Shown one piece after another: positions 46,528 to 56,118 of a stretch of DNA of 64,000 nucleotides. The notes beneath the pieces are model-generated. The model worked only from the letters and a program-made list of their open reading frames with translations. It did not search any database and was not told the origin of the DNA. Origin of the DNA: a virus; IMG/VR virus record IMGVR_UViG_3300021197_000933, positions 2,670 through 66,669 of that record; one strand, written 5' to 3'. Position 1 is the first letter of the stretch. Each line of letters starts with the position of its first letter. Made by a program: the position numbers and the translations under genes.

Positions 46528-48598
46528 TGCAATAGCAGCGCATGATGGCACCCTCGATACGAACAGGGCGACTGCGCCGACTCTTACCGTCTGGGCTAAC
46601 GACAATCCAATTGCGTTCAGCCCAGCGGTTTAGTATCTCAGCTGGGTGATGGCCTAAGTTCTTCAGTACCTCTCTCATTGTGAGCGTAGTGATCTGAATC
46701 TCTGCCCAGTCTTGGTCCTTGCTCCATCGACCCGCCCACCCGTGCATGGGTACGCGAGTGTGACCATGGCCCGACATCTCGTGCCTACCGTGGAACCGGA
46801 CAGCGTTAGCTGCGCACCACGAGAGCATGTCTTGGAATGCAGCGAGCGGACGGTCAGCGTCACGACCCGCAGCTTCTTGGCACTCGATGAGGAAGGCGAA
46901 TGGGTCCTCTTGGCAGGGAGTCATACCAAGCTGCATAGTGATTCCCGCAGCTATCTCCAGTGCTGCCAAGTGAGCAGCGTGCCTACGCGCCACAGCACTG
47001 GTCGCAATGTGAGCGTACTTGTCACGTGCTTCCTTGTACACAGCTCTGATCTCATCATGCCTTGGCTGGTTGGCTACAAGATACTCGATGACTCTGCGAC
47101 CGAGGTGGCCATGGTTGTTGGCCAAGATGGCCTGCGTTTCTTCGCTGACCTGGCCGCCGATGTCTGGGTTAGATCCGAGCGGCTTACCCTTGAGCGATAG
47201 CACTCGAGCTCGAGTACCTGCGTCTTCACTGAAGTCGGTAGCTGCACCTTCACCTGTACTGATGAGGATGGACTGCCATGAGTCAGTGTAGCGGGTACCC
47301 TCGACGGCACCACGACCACGACCTTGACCTTGGCAGAAGTCGTAGATGACATCGCGCACGATCCCGTTGTGCTTCGCTCTCTTGGTCTCGTCGAGAAGTA
47401 GCGGGAGGTTCTGTAGGTACCCAGCTGTGCGCTCGATCCATACCTTGGTAGCGTCCCACGAGTACATAGCCGTCGGGTAGTTCTCACTCGGCTTGCCCCA
47501 CACTGACGCAGCAAAGCGCAGTGCCGTAGTCTTTCCACCACTGGTCTCACCACTGAAGTCAACCACGAACCCAGGCAACCTGAGTAGCTTCATCAGTGGT
47601 GCAGCTACACTGGCGTAGATGGCCACGTGCATGTGCGGGTAAGGACTCACGAGAGACGCAGCCTCAAGCCAGCCCTCCCACGTACCAGTCATCATCCAGC
47701 CTTTCGACATAGACTCGAAGCCGGCAGGGGGTGTCAGCACCAGCTGCTCATCGGACTCGTCAGCTGTAGCGTAGTAGCTCTCCGGCAGGAGGAACCCACC
47801 GCCGGGCTGCCAGCCCATGCGTGGAGTAGACCTGAGTGACGATAGCCGGTGCCTGTTCTCAGCTTCAAAGTCCGCCAAGTAAGACACGAGGTTAGCCAAG
47901 TTCATGCTGCTGACGGGTGCTTCCAGGTCAGCCAGACCAATGAGCTTACTCGTATCCATCAGGGTACGGCGCGACACCACCCGGCTACACCAGCCGGCAG
48001 GGCCTCTCCAGATAGCCTGTAGCTTCGCTTCGCCAGTCAGTACGTCGCTGGTCCTGCCCGCAATAAAGAAGGGAGCAGCAGCGATCCTCGTGCGAACAAG
48101 GTCACCTTCAGGAGAAGCCGAAAGCCGGTAGACACCAGCAGCATCAATAGCAAAGCCGCGAGGAGGTACCAGTAAGGCAAGGATGTCGGGAGACACGATC
48201 GTTGCAGGAGGCCCAGCGTTAGCAAAGCAGGCGCTCAACGTCAGGTTGTTCGAGAGGTTCTCTTCAATCTCATCCAGCAAGTCGTCTGATCGACGACGCA
48301 CCAGCGAGTCAGAGAGGTTCCGTATCGCAGACTTGAGGTTGCGCGAGCGTGTCCGCTGCCCTCGAATAGATCCTATTGTGATCAGGAGTGTTTCAACAGT
48401 GTCGTTATCTGACTGCCAGCTCTCTGCGAGGCTGGTCATTACGTTAGGATCTTGAATGCTGATCCATGCTGCACGTTGTGCAGACGAGTCACCCTCTCTG
48501 AGGGATGCAAGAAGTCTATTCAGTATGTCGATTCCGGGGCTCTGCTGCTGCGCTGCTGACCCGGTTGATCGTTCTTCAACCGAGTTGTCATTGTCCAT
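46490..48598 (-). CDS. DUF927 (Cch-like) replicative helicase
   Basis: Walker A GETSGGKTT, LPLLLDE, GQGRGRG, ISTGE, GTRARV, NHGHLG. Confidence 0.88.
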   Translation of the reverse strand: MDNDNSVEERSTGSAAQQQSPGIDILNRLLASLREGDSSAQRAAWISIQDPNVMTSLAESWQSDNDTVETLLITIGSIRGQRTRSRNLKSAIRNLSDSLVRRRSDDLLDEIEENLSNNLTLSACFANAGPPATIVSPDILALLVPPRGFAIDAAGVYRLSASPEGDLVRTRIAAAPFFIAGRTSDVLTGEAKLQAIWRGPAGWCSRVVSRRTLMDTSKLIGLADLEAPVSSMNLANLVSYLADFEAENRHRLSSLRSTPRMGWQPGGGFLLPESYYATADESDEQLVLTPPAGFESMSKGWMMTGTWEGWLEAASLVSPYPHMHVAIYASVAAPLMKLLRLPGFVVDFSGETSGGKTTALRFAASVWGKPSENYPTAMYSWDATKVWIERTAGYLQNLPLLLDETKRAKHNGIVRDVIYDFCQGQGRGRGAVEGTRYTDSWQSILISTGEGAATDFSEDAGTRARVLSLKGKPLGSNPDIGGQVSEETQAILANNHGHLGRRVIEYLVANQPRHDEIRAVYKEARDKYAHIATSAVARRHAAHLAALEIAAGITMQLGMTPCQEDPFAFLIECQEAAGRDADRPLAAFQDMLSWCAANAVRFHGRHEMSGHGHTRVPMHGWAGRWSKDQDWAEIQITTLTMREVLKNLGHHPAEILNRWAERNWIVVSPDGKSRRSRPVRIEGAIMRCYCISREAMETCLGD

Positions 48599-48676
48599 TG
48601 TTCCACCATGGTAAGAGTCATTTATTAAACAGTCGTGTCGTGACCAGGTGCCCTCAGTAGGGTACCCAGCTCAGCT

Positions 48677-48706
48677 AATGTATCGACCCGCAACAATGCG
48701 TGTCAA
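48677..48706 (-). promoter_or_regulatory. Sigma70-like promoter of the helicase gene
   Basis: TTGACA-18-TACATT. Confidence 0.7.
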
Positions 48707-48715
48707 ACCGAAGAT

Positions 48716-48756
48716 CAAAGGGTGGCACAATCGTTTCTTGTGACGGTGCCACCCCT
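48716..48756 (-). terminator. Intrinsic terminator
   Basis: GGGTGGCAC/GTGCCACCC stem with a short U-tail on the minus strand. Confidence 0.6.
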
Positions 48757-48760
48757 CTCG

Positions 48761-48991
48761 CTAAGATTCCTTACGTGTCCAACCTTCTGACAAGTCAGAC
48801 ATAGGAATCTCGATAGTGTTGGTTGTCACTGCGCACTTAGGGCAATGACGCACCCGAGCTACCCAATCAGGTGTGTACCAGGATACCGTCTCTCGAGCTT
48901 GCCGAATCAGTGAAGGAGAGGCTGTCTCCTTTGAGTCAGCGTGCCGAGTGTTGGTCACCTTGGTAGGTCCGCCGCATTCAAAGCACTTCAT
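48761..48991 (-). CDS. NrdR-N-like zinc-ribbon protein
   Basis: MKCFECGGPTKVTNTR..RVRHCPKC..TIE. Confidence 0.75.
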   Translation of the reverse strand: MKCFECGGPTKVTNTRHADSKETASPSLIRQARETVSWYTPDWVARVRHCPKCAVTTNTIEIPMSDLSEGWTRKES

Positions 48992-51003
48992 TTGGTAGGG
49001 CTCGGAGGAGTTGGAAGGTTCAGCACCTTGCCGCCCTTATTAAGAGAGTACCCACCATCGTCATCGATTGTGATGTCCGCAGGCTTGAGCTTCTTCTTAA
49101 TGATGGCAGCTGCTGTTTCTCTGGTCATCACACTGATCTGACCCGAAGAGTACCCCATCATCTCGATGGCCACTGCGCTTGCAGTTGTGACTACACTCTT
49201 AGACTTGGGTCGACGAATGACGTCGTCATTCCGAATGTCGTCTGTGTGCTCAGGCTCGTCGTCTACTAAAGGAGCCAGCCATGACGCAGACTCTTTGTCC
49301 ATGTCGATGATTGTCCATCCCGCAGGAGCTCTACCCGTAGGCCGGATGGTACTGGCCATGATGACCTGACCCTCGAAGTTACGGAAGCTGCGCATCACTG
49401 AGCTCAGTGTCTTACCATCCCATGCACGATCCTCAGGGATCAAGATGGCAGGCTCACGAGCAGACGCGCCCATGCTGACAACAGCCATCGAGATCGCTGT
49501 CGTTACCGTCGCCCACTCTGCACCAGACAATGCCTCATGCAAGATGCCGCCGCGGCGTAGGCCCATAGCGAACGTAGACTTCGAGCTGGCTTCGTCGTAC
49601 AAGACAAACTCAAAGTCCCAGCCTTCAGGCAAGTGACTGCATACAATCTTTACGAACAGCTCAGACTGGGTCTGCAAGATGGTCGACATCGCTTCATCGC
49701 ACACCTTCTTTAGTGACTTATACCTCGCGGTGTCTACTTCCAGGTGGGTGATCAACTCCTTCGATGAGACGATCTGATCCCACTTAGACTTCAAGATCAT
49801 CGTGTTGTTCAAGGCCAGAGATGCAGCACCCAAACGATCACGTGCGTCTTCGAGAGACAGACCCGCATCCGTACGAGACGGAGTGTTAGCCAGCTCGACC
49901 AGCTTTCTCTTTGCGTGGTCGTACCTTTCTTGGCAAGCGTCACGGCCTGCTTGGCTAAGGCGTAGTGCCTCGATCATCTGAGCGTTTGCTGTATCAATAG
50001 CGTCGAGCTGGTTGGCGAAGAAGCCATGGCAGCTGAGCAGATGGTCTGAACCTACGGCACTACTACACGTAGGGCACTGCTCGATAGCCTCGGACACAGC
50101 CCACTCGAGTGAGTCATAGCCGGACTTCAAGTACGCAGGAGCGTCCTTCATCTTACTTCTGTGGTCAGCAATCTGGTTGTCCATGTGCTGCATGTCTGAT
50201 GTGAGACTATCCATCTCAGCTTCACACTCAGCCATCCGACTCTGACGTAGAGACTCGGGCATCCCATTGGCGCACGCAGCGGCAGCTTCCAGTAATCCCT
50301 GGGCGTTCTTCACTGCTTGCTCGAGACGCTCGACGTCTTCTTCCGTAGGAGCTGAGTCAGTGTGTGCATCGATTAGCTCACCCACTACGATCTCTGCGCC
50401 ACGTCGTTGCTTCGCCAGGTCACGGCTCTGCTTGGCCGCGTAGTCGTTGATGGCAATCAGCGCGTCTACATTGCTCAGGTTCTTGCCGAGGTGATCCCAC
50501 AGGTCAGTGAACTTGCCATGCAAGTCTGAAGGAATGTACGCGTAGACGTCTTCCTTTGATACGCTGCCGCCTATCCATCCGAGGAAAGCTTTACGCCGGG
50601 TAGCTGCTGAGCCTGACAACGCTGCCTTAACCGCACGGTGCGTGAGCACTTGTGGACCTGGGCCTGTGTGCGATGGCCGCTTGTTCTTACCTTCGACCTT
50701 CTCTACTCTGAACGTACCTGCTTCATCATCAGAGAATCGGGCGGTAGTGTGCAGAGAGTTACCGCGACAGAGAGACATGAGAAGATCTGCATCCTTCACG
50801 TCATTGCGACCGACCACATCATCAACTGAGCCAGACACAGCCAGCTCAACAGATTGAATGATGCTGCTCTTGTGGCTGGTGTTTGTTCCGACCAGCAGAG
50901 TGTAACGGCCTAAGTCTACAGACCAGGCATCGCCGTTAGGCTTGGGTGACTTAAGGTTACTGTGAACAGACTTCACATACGGACGTGTTTGTTTCTTAGA
51001 CAT
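48988..51003 (-). CDS. SMC/Rad50(SbcC)-like ATPase
   Basis: P-loop GTNTSHKS, coiled coil with CPTC zinc hook, LSGAE signature. Confidence 0.85.
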   Translation of the reverse strand: MSKKQTRPYVKSVHSNLKSPKPNGDAWSVDLGRYTLLVGTNTSHKSSIIQSVELAVSGSVDDVVGRNDVKDADLLMSLCRGNSLHTTARFSDDEAGTFRVEKVEGKNKRPSHTGPGPQVLTHRAVKAALSGSAATRRKAFLGWIGGSVSKEDVYAYIPSDLHGKFTDLWDHLGKNLSNVDALIAINDYAAKQSRDLAKQRRGAEIVVGELIDAHTDSAPTEEDVERLEQAVKNAQGLLEAAAACANGMPESLRQSRMAECEAEMDSLTSDMQHMDNQIADHRSKMKDAPAYLKSGYDSLEWAVSEAIEQCPTCSSAVGSDHLLSCHGFFANQLDAIDTANAQMIEALRLSQAGRDACQERYDHAKRKLVELANTPSRTDAGLSLEDARDRLGAASLALNNTMILKSKWDQIVSSKELITHLEVDTARYKSLKKVCDEAMSTILQTQSELFVKIVCSHLPEGWDFEFVLYDEASSKSTFAMGLRRGGILHEALSGAEWATVTTAISMAVVSMGASAREPAILIPEDRAWDGKTLSSVMRSFRNFEGQVIMASTIRPTGRAPAGWTIIDMDKESASWLAPLVDDEPEHTDDIRNDDVIRRPKSKSVVTTASAVAIEMMGYSSGQISVMTRETAAAIIKKKLKPADITIDDDGGYSLNKGGKVLNLPTPPSPTK

Positions 51004-51070
51004 AGTGTCTCCGGGGTTGATAGCGCTACCGTTTAGTCAGTCAGACACGGTAGCTTTAGTTGTCGTGGAA

Positions 51071-51099
51071 AGTGTATGGTACTAATACCGCTGCGTCAA
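51071..51099 (-). promoter_or_regulatory. Sigma70-like promoter
   Basis: TTGACG-17-TACACT. Confidence 0.75.
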
Positions 51100-51112
51100 G
51101 GATTGAGAAGAC

Positions 51113-51544
51113 TCACTCAGCGACTGTAAGTGTCACCCAAGAAGTCCAATCGTCTGATTCTTTAGCTGCTAAGCCAGTTATAGACTTGAACGATTCTGAC
51201 TCAGGGCACCAGGCAAAGACATGCTTCTTCGCATCGAGGAACCACTCCAGCAGTTGGGCAGTAGCCTTACCTACAGAGAGGGACTCTTGAGTAAAGTCAA
51301 CGGGTACAATGATTCCGTGGAACAAGTGACCACCTGTGTAAGACTTACCCACTGCGACATCGCGACACCAAGCAGCCCAGCCTCCGAGTGCGGCTGCACG
51401 TGACTTGTAATCGTCGCGCCCTGCAACCACCTCAGCCTGCCAAACGTCATCCGTCATGTGGCCTGCGAGCTGGGCACACCAGCGGTCAATGTCTTCGTCC
51501 TCGTCTTTCTTAGAGTGGGCGAGAAACCAACGAGACTTGTTCAT
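51113..51544 (-). CDS. Small Rossmannoid protein, TIR or nucleoside-deoxyribosyltransferase-like
   Basis: WFLAHSKKD first strand; VGKATAQLLEWFLDAKKHVFAW helix-strand. Confidence 0.5.
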   Translation of the reverse strand: MNKSRWFLAHSKKDEDEDIDRWCAQLAGHMTDDVWQAEVVAGRDDYKSRAAALGGWAAWCRDVAVGKSYTGGHLFHGIIVPVDFTQESLSVGKATAQLLEWFLDAKKHVFAWCPESESFKSITGLAAKESDDWTSWVTLTVAE

Positions 51545-54289
51545 CTATACGTCCTTCAATGTTCTACCGACGTCAGCCTCTGCGGTCATCGCAACAGGCC
51601 ATCCGGGTATCTTGATTGTCATTGCTTCTTCCATTGTGCGCTTCATCTTCTCTATCTCAGGGGGAAGGGGCTCACCCTTGACGGGTGCCCACATAGGATC
51701 AAAGCCCTTGGGCAGCGGAGCCTGTACACAGATAGAGTCATGGCATTGATGAATCATGCCCGTACCTGGTCCGGCATACTCGAACGGAAAGGCGTCTCTT
51801 ACTTGAGCTTCAGCCAACCGCATGGTTGATCCCTCGGCTGCAAGGATAGGAAAGTTCACTACCTCTTGAAGCTTGCCGTCACTGAGAGGCCCACTGCGCC
51901 TACCCATGATGGGCTCCGCCATGTAGCCCTGCCTCTCGTATACCTTCTTCATCGTGGCCCAAGCGCTCTCCCACTCAGGCTCACTGGTCTTCCACGTCTC
52001 GTGCATGACTCGTACTTCTCTAAGTGTCATGCCCACATACGGCAGCTTGGCATCGTCAGTCTCTGTTGATGTCAGTACCTGCCAAACTGTAGCGGGGTCG
52101 GCTGCATATGCTGATGCGTATCTAAGTGTCTTACACACGTCACGCATAGACTTAGCGTCACCACCAGGAGGCTTGCTGTATAGGCTGAAGCCGTCGTCAC
52201 CCCAGCCACTTGCCTGCTCGAATCGATCACCGAATACGTTGTGAGCCAGCGTGTTGTGGGGATCCTTACCTTCCTCGAAGCACTCCATCAGTAGAGGTAT
52301 CTTCCAGTAGTTAGCGATGATCCGTAGGTGTGCCTGGTCAAGGTCAGCACCGATGAGGATGTAGCCTGGGGGAGCTGCGAAGATTGTCTTCAGTGGCCCT
52401 TGGCCTTTACGGTTACCGATGTTCTGTAGGTTGGGTCCAGAGCATGAGAGGCGCGCGACGCTGGTGACATGGGCATTCCATGATGGCCTCACCCTGCCGT
52501 CTTCCCAGACCACACCCTTCTTAGGGTCGATGTCTCTGCGGTTGAGAGGTATCAGCACCGTACCGAGGATCTTATTCTTCTCTCTGCGATACAGCCTGAG
52601 CTCACGGATGAATGCCTCTTGTTCCTCTGATAGGTTCCCACTTGCAATGTGAGCGCGCAACACAGAGTCACCTGTACCAGGTGCGCCTGTGTCAGTGTAG
52701 AAGTCTTTAGCGTCCATCTGAGGAGGGATACCGAGCTTCCACTTACTGTAGAACAGGTCTCTGATCTGATCGTAGCTGCCGGGGTTGATGCCTGAAGCGA
52801 AGTCGTCGAGTCGTTTAGCTCTCTGCTTTACGGACAAAGTAAACCGAGCCTCTAAGTCAAACCGCTTCTTCTGGTCGACCCATACACCATTCTTGTGCAT
52901 CTCAACACACATCACTTGGGTCTCGTGGTCGACCTCGTTGAGATTCCACGGCCTCTCTATCGGCCAAGAGTCAGGCTTGATGTTGTCTTTGATGGGGTTG
53001 AAGGCACCTGCATTAGTCGCCGCCTTTATTAGGGGAAGCGTGATCCTTGCGTTTACTACTGTGTCAATGATGTTGTATCTAAGAAGCTCGTCATCATCCG
53101 TACTACCTGTAGCGATACTCGAACCCTTCTCAGTTGTCTCCCATCGTTCAACGTCGGTGAGGATAGACCCGATAGTCTTTAGTCCCTTCGGTAAGTCAGG
53201 AGCTCTGAACCGAGCTGGGAAGAGCGTGTCTACCAGCGGGTAGGGGTTCACACCTAAGTGGTTCTCGATCACCATCCGGTCATAGCTACCAGCGTTGTGA
53301 CCCACCCACACACGACCGTCAGTAAAAGCAGCGCGCAGTATATCTTTGATGCGCCACTCCTCTCCCTGCGTGTAAAAGCGTGTACGCCCATCAGCACTCA
53401 GCAAACTAATGCCCACTGCCTGAGAGTTCTTCACAGGGTTCTTCGCCGTCACACGTCCGCGCTCATCCAAGTCAGGGGTAGCGATAGCTATCGTGCGGAG
53501 CTTGCACTCCATGGGCTCAATGCCATCAGTCTCTACATCGTAAGCCCAGAAAGGAGAGGGCTGCTTCAGCCATTCCTCCAGCTCCTGAGGAGAGGGTCGC
53601 CACAAAGAATCGGGCTGAGTCCAGTCGAGCGTGTCCGAGAACCAGCGGAAAGCTTTACCCATGTCAGCGTGCAAGACGTGACGCCAACTGGGCGAGCGTA
53701 AAATAAACGACGGGTGCAGCGTAGGTAGCAAGCGGTGAGCCGTCTCATCGTCCTCGTTAGTCACGCCCCAGTCTTCAGTGATCCGCATAGGACCACCTCT
53801 GGTTGAGTGGATGCTGCTACCGACACCAGTCAGCGAGTTAGTCGCGAGCTTACCGAGCGTAACAATAGAAGGGTAGCGTGAGGCAACGTTCAGCAGCCGA
53901 GGCCGGCAGCACGTAAGAGGGTGAGGTACTGCCTCTTGCCCTGCCTTCACACGCTTGCGATTGAGCTTGTCTACAGCTTTGTCCAAGCGACGCAGAGCTC
54001 CTGAGGCTTGACCTGGTAGGTGACATGCGATCACATGGTCGAGGTCTACATCGGTTCGGCGGTGACCACACGCAGCTAATGCTCGGTTCCACTCACCACC
54101 TGACCTACCCACTAAAGCTCTACCATGCTGAACTTCTTCAGGGTCAGGGCTCTCAGCTACAGCGAGGACGGTTGCACCCTTGTGCACCTCACACCCCACT
54201 GGCTTCCAGTCATCTTTACGGAGAGCTCCCTTAGGACCCAACGGGCACACATCGCATCGTGCTCCAAGTGTTGTCGGGTCAAAGGGCAT
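51545..54289 (-). CDS. polA: DNA polymerase family A with N-terminal family-4 UDG-like domain and 3'-5' exonuclease
   Basis: UDG: CDVCPL, AESPDPEE, LHPSFILR. Exo: DVETDG, GHNAGSYD, YNIID. Pol: RLSCSGPNLQN, ADLDQAHLR, RDVCKTLRYASAY, CHDS. Confidence 0.93.
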   Translation of the reverse strand: MPFDPTTLGARCDVCPLGPKGALRKDDWKPVGCEVHKGATVLAVAESPDPEEVQHGRALVGRSGGEWNRALAACGHRRTDVDLDHVIACHLPGQASGALRRLDKAVDKLNRKRVKAGQEAVPHPLTCCRPRLLNVASRYPSIVTLGKLATNSLTGVGSSIHSTRGGPMRITEDWGVTNEDDETAHRLLPTLHPSFILRSPSWRHVLHADMGKAFRWFSDTLDWTQPDSLWRPSPQELEEWLKQPSPFWAYDVETDGIEPMECKLRTIAIATPDLDERGRVTAKNPVKNSQAVGISLLSADGRTRFYTQGEEWRIKDILRAAFTDGRVWVGHNAGSYDRMVIENHLGVNPYPLVDTLFPARFRAPDLPKGLKTIGSILTDVERWETTEKGSSIATGSTDDDELLRYNIIDTVVNARITLPLIKAATNAGAFNPIKDNIKPDSWPIERPWNLNEVDHETQVMCVEMHKNGVWVDQKKRFDLEARFTLSVKQRAKRLDDFASGINPGSYDQIRDLFYSKWKLGIPPQMDAKDFYTDTGAPGTGDSVLRAHIASGNLSEEQEAFIRELRLYRREKNKILGTVLIPLNRRDIDPKKGVVWEDGRVRPSWNAHVTSVARLSCSGPNLQNIGNRKGQGPLKTIFAAPPGYILIGADLDQAHLRIIANYWKIPLLMECFEEGKDPHNTLAHNVFGDRFEQASGWGDDGFSLYSKPPGGDAKSMRDVCKTLRYASAYAADPATVWQVLTSTETDDAKLPYVGMTLREVRVMHETWKTSEPEWESAWATMKKVYERQGYMAEPIMGRRSGPLSDGKLQEVVNFPILAAEGSTMRLAEAQVRDAFPFEYAGPGTGMIHQCHDSICVQAPLPKGFDPMWAPVKGEPLPPEIEKMKRTMEEAMTIKIPGWPVAMTAEADVGRTLKDV

Positions 54290-54383
54290 TCGTTCTCCGG
54301 GTTGAGGTCAAGGCATCTATTCAACCATCCACATGCCTTCCTGCTGGACTTCTTAGGTGTCAAACCAACACCCTGGTCTATAT

Positions 54384-54422
54384 AAAAGCCGTCGCCACCG
54401 GACCTCGTGGCAGCGACGACTT
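54384..54422 (-). terminator. Intrinsic terminator after the SSB-like gene
   Basis: AAGCCGTCGC..GCGACGACTT stem with a U-tail on the minus strand. Confidence 0.6.
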
Positions 54423-54433
54423 AGTCTGCAGCG

Positions 54434-55015
54434 CTAGCTGACGATACCTTGCGCCACGCTTGGGGCAGGCGGAAGGACAGCGCCAGTGGAGGGTGCAACT
54501 CCGTTAGTCACTGCAGGTGGTACAGGGGCGCTTGTAGCGGTCTGAACCGGTGCACCAGAGTCTTTACGAGCTTCGTAAGTAGACTTGTTAAGCCAGCCCT
54601 TGATCTCGTTGTAAGAACCTTGGACACCCTTCTGACCAGGAACAAACTCAACGTAGCCCTTACGACCGTGGTTGCTGGAGTGGATGAACCACTCGTCGGT
54701 CACGTTACCTGAGTCAAGAGTTTCACCATCGTATCCAAGAGACTCGAGGATAGTGCGCAGGTTAGCAAGCTGACCACGCAGTTGGTTCTCATTAAGACCC
54801 GCGAGCTGGTTACCGTTGTCGTCGTAGGGCAAGTTTACGAATGCGAACATTGTAAACCCGTCGTCGAACTGAAGGTGGAAGCGACGCTTACCAGGCTTGT
54901 CGTTAGGGTGAGTCTCGATCTTTACGATAGAGACGGGGTAGAATCCAGCGTCAGGTGCGCCAGCTCCGAAACTACGGACGCCCTTGAAGGCCCCCGGAGG
55001 GATGTTGATAGCCAT
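54434..55015 (-). CDS. Putative single-stranded DNA-binding protein (DUF669-like)
   Basis: PDAGFYPVSI..YNEIKGW with a Pro-rich tail; follows the AAA gene. Confidence 0.65.
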   Translation of the reverse strand: MAINIPPGAFKGVRSFGAGAPDAGFYPVSIVKIETHPNDKPGKRRFHLQFDDGFTMFAFVNLPYDDNGNQLAGLNENQLRGQLANLRTILESLGYDGETLDSGNVTDEWFIHSSNHGRKGYVEFVPGQKGVQGSYNEIKGWLNKSTYEARKDSGAPVQTATSAPVPPAVTNGVAPSTGAVLPPAPSVAQGIVS

Positions 55016-55079
55016 GATAGGCTCCATTGTTGTTGTTGTATGGTGGACGCGAGGTCCGAGGTCCAGACGACGGATGCCG

Positions 55080-56063
55080 TCAGGAAGAGGGAGGTGGTGG
55101 TGGTAATGACGCACTCGAAGTAGTCGGTGCATCAGGTTCAGGCTCAAAGTTGAATAGGCTTCGGGACTGCTGTTTAGCAAGTACCCCTCTTGCAATACCA
55201 TCTTGGCAAGCCCAGCGCAAGTGAAGGGTGTCATAATCGTACCCAGATATGGCGCTGTCAATCGCTTCTATCACAGGTACGTCTTGCATTATAGCATCAG
55301 CTACACGATCTGCAACTTCATCCTGCCACTCTAAGCCACTAACTCTACCGAGATGGTAGTTGGACTTACTCGCCCGAAGTATCTCACGTAAGTTACCGGG
55401 CGTCTTTTTAGCGCAGACTCCAGTACGATCCCCAGTAATCCACTCAGGATCAGTAGGGTCACAGTAGTACGCACCTGGAAACCACGGGTCAGGGTATGAC
55501 GGATCAATCATGGCGCGTACGTTGATGTCACACCAAGAGGGTAGAGTCTTCACTTGGTTACGTGATGGAACGTCAGGACCACCAGGGCAGAAGTGACCGT
55601 CTGCATTAGAACCTGGCATCCTCTCGTGGAAGTTCATAGCCATGTGCACGCCCAAGTGACGAGCTAATCCTGCGAGCTCAAGCAAGTGGCGGTCCAGCTG
55701 CTGGTACTGATAGAACTTATCCTTACGACCGGAGCGGCCCATAGGTGCTTCTTCCATCCACTTAAGCATAGACATCTTACAGAGATGGCTGGCATCGTCG
55801 ATAACAACAGCCCCGCACTGAGACTCCAAGTCGGTCTCGCTGAGCTCCCTGAGCAGTGCGATTAAATCAGGTAAAGTCTGTGGTGGGTCTGCATAGACTG
55901 ACGGAGTGAACCCCAGCTCGTTCTGCGCGACTAAGCACAGGGCTGAGGGCACACCAATAAACAGTGCATTAGGAAACGCAGCGAGCATGTCGCTGGTCTT
56001 CCGTTTCTTCGGTTGCCCATAGACCGTAATCATAACGGTAGGCAACCCATCTTCATGGGTCAT
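55080..56063 (-). CDS. AAA_24/Sak4-like ATPase
   Basis: VYGQPKKRKT, VVIDDAS, NFHE; start ATG 56063. Confidence 0.75.
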   Translation of the reverse strand: MTHEDGLPTVMITVYGQPKKRKTSDMLAAFPNALFIGVPSALCLVAQNELGFTPSVYADPPQTLPDLIALLRELSETDLESQCGAVVIDDASHLCKMSMLKWMEEAPMGRSGRKDKFYQYQQLDRHLLELAGLARHLGVHMAMNFHERMPGSNADGHFCPGGPDVPSRNQVKTLPSWCDINVRAMIDPSYPDPWFPGAYYCDPTDPEWITGDRTGVCAKKTPGNLREILRASKSNYHLGRVSGLEWQDEVADRVADAIMQDVPVIEAIDSAISGYDYDTLHLRWACQDGIARGVLAKQQSRSLFNFEPEPDAPTTSSASLPPPPPSS

Positions 56064-56118
56064 AGTATTCTCCGGGGTTAGGATCTCAAACAGTCGACAA
56101 ACAAAATAACAGAGGCGC

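Noticed and set aside
22270-56030. Alternative genetic code explaining odd residues at conserved positions
   Set aside because: The substitutions use different codons (AAG, CAC, CGG, CAT) and replace different residues, and long ORFs read cleanly in the standard code.
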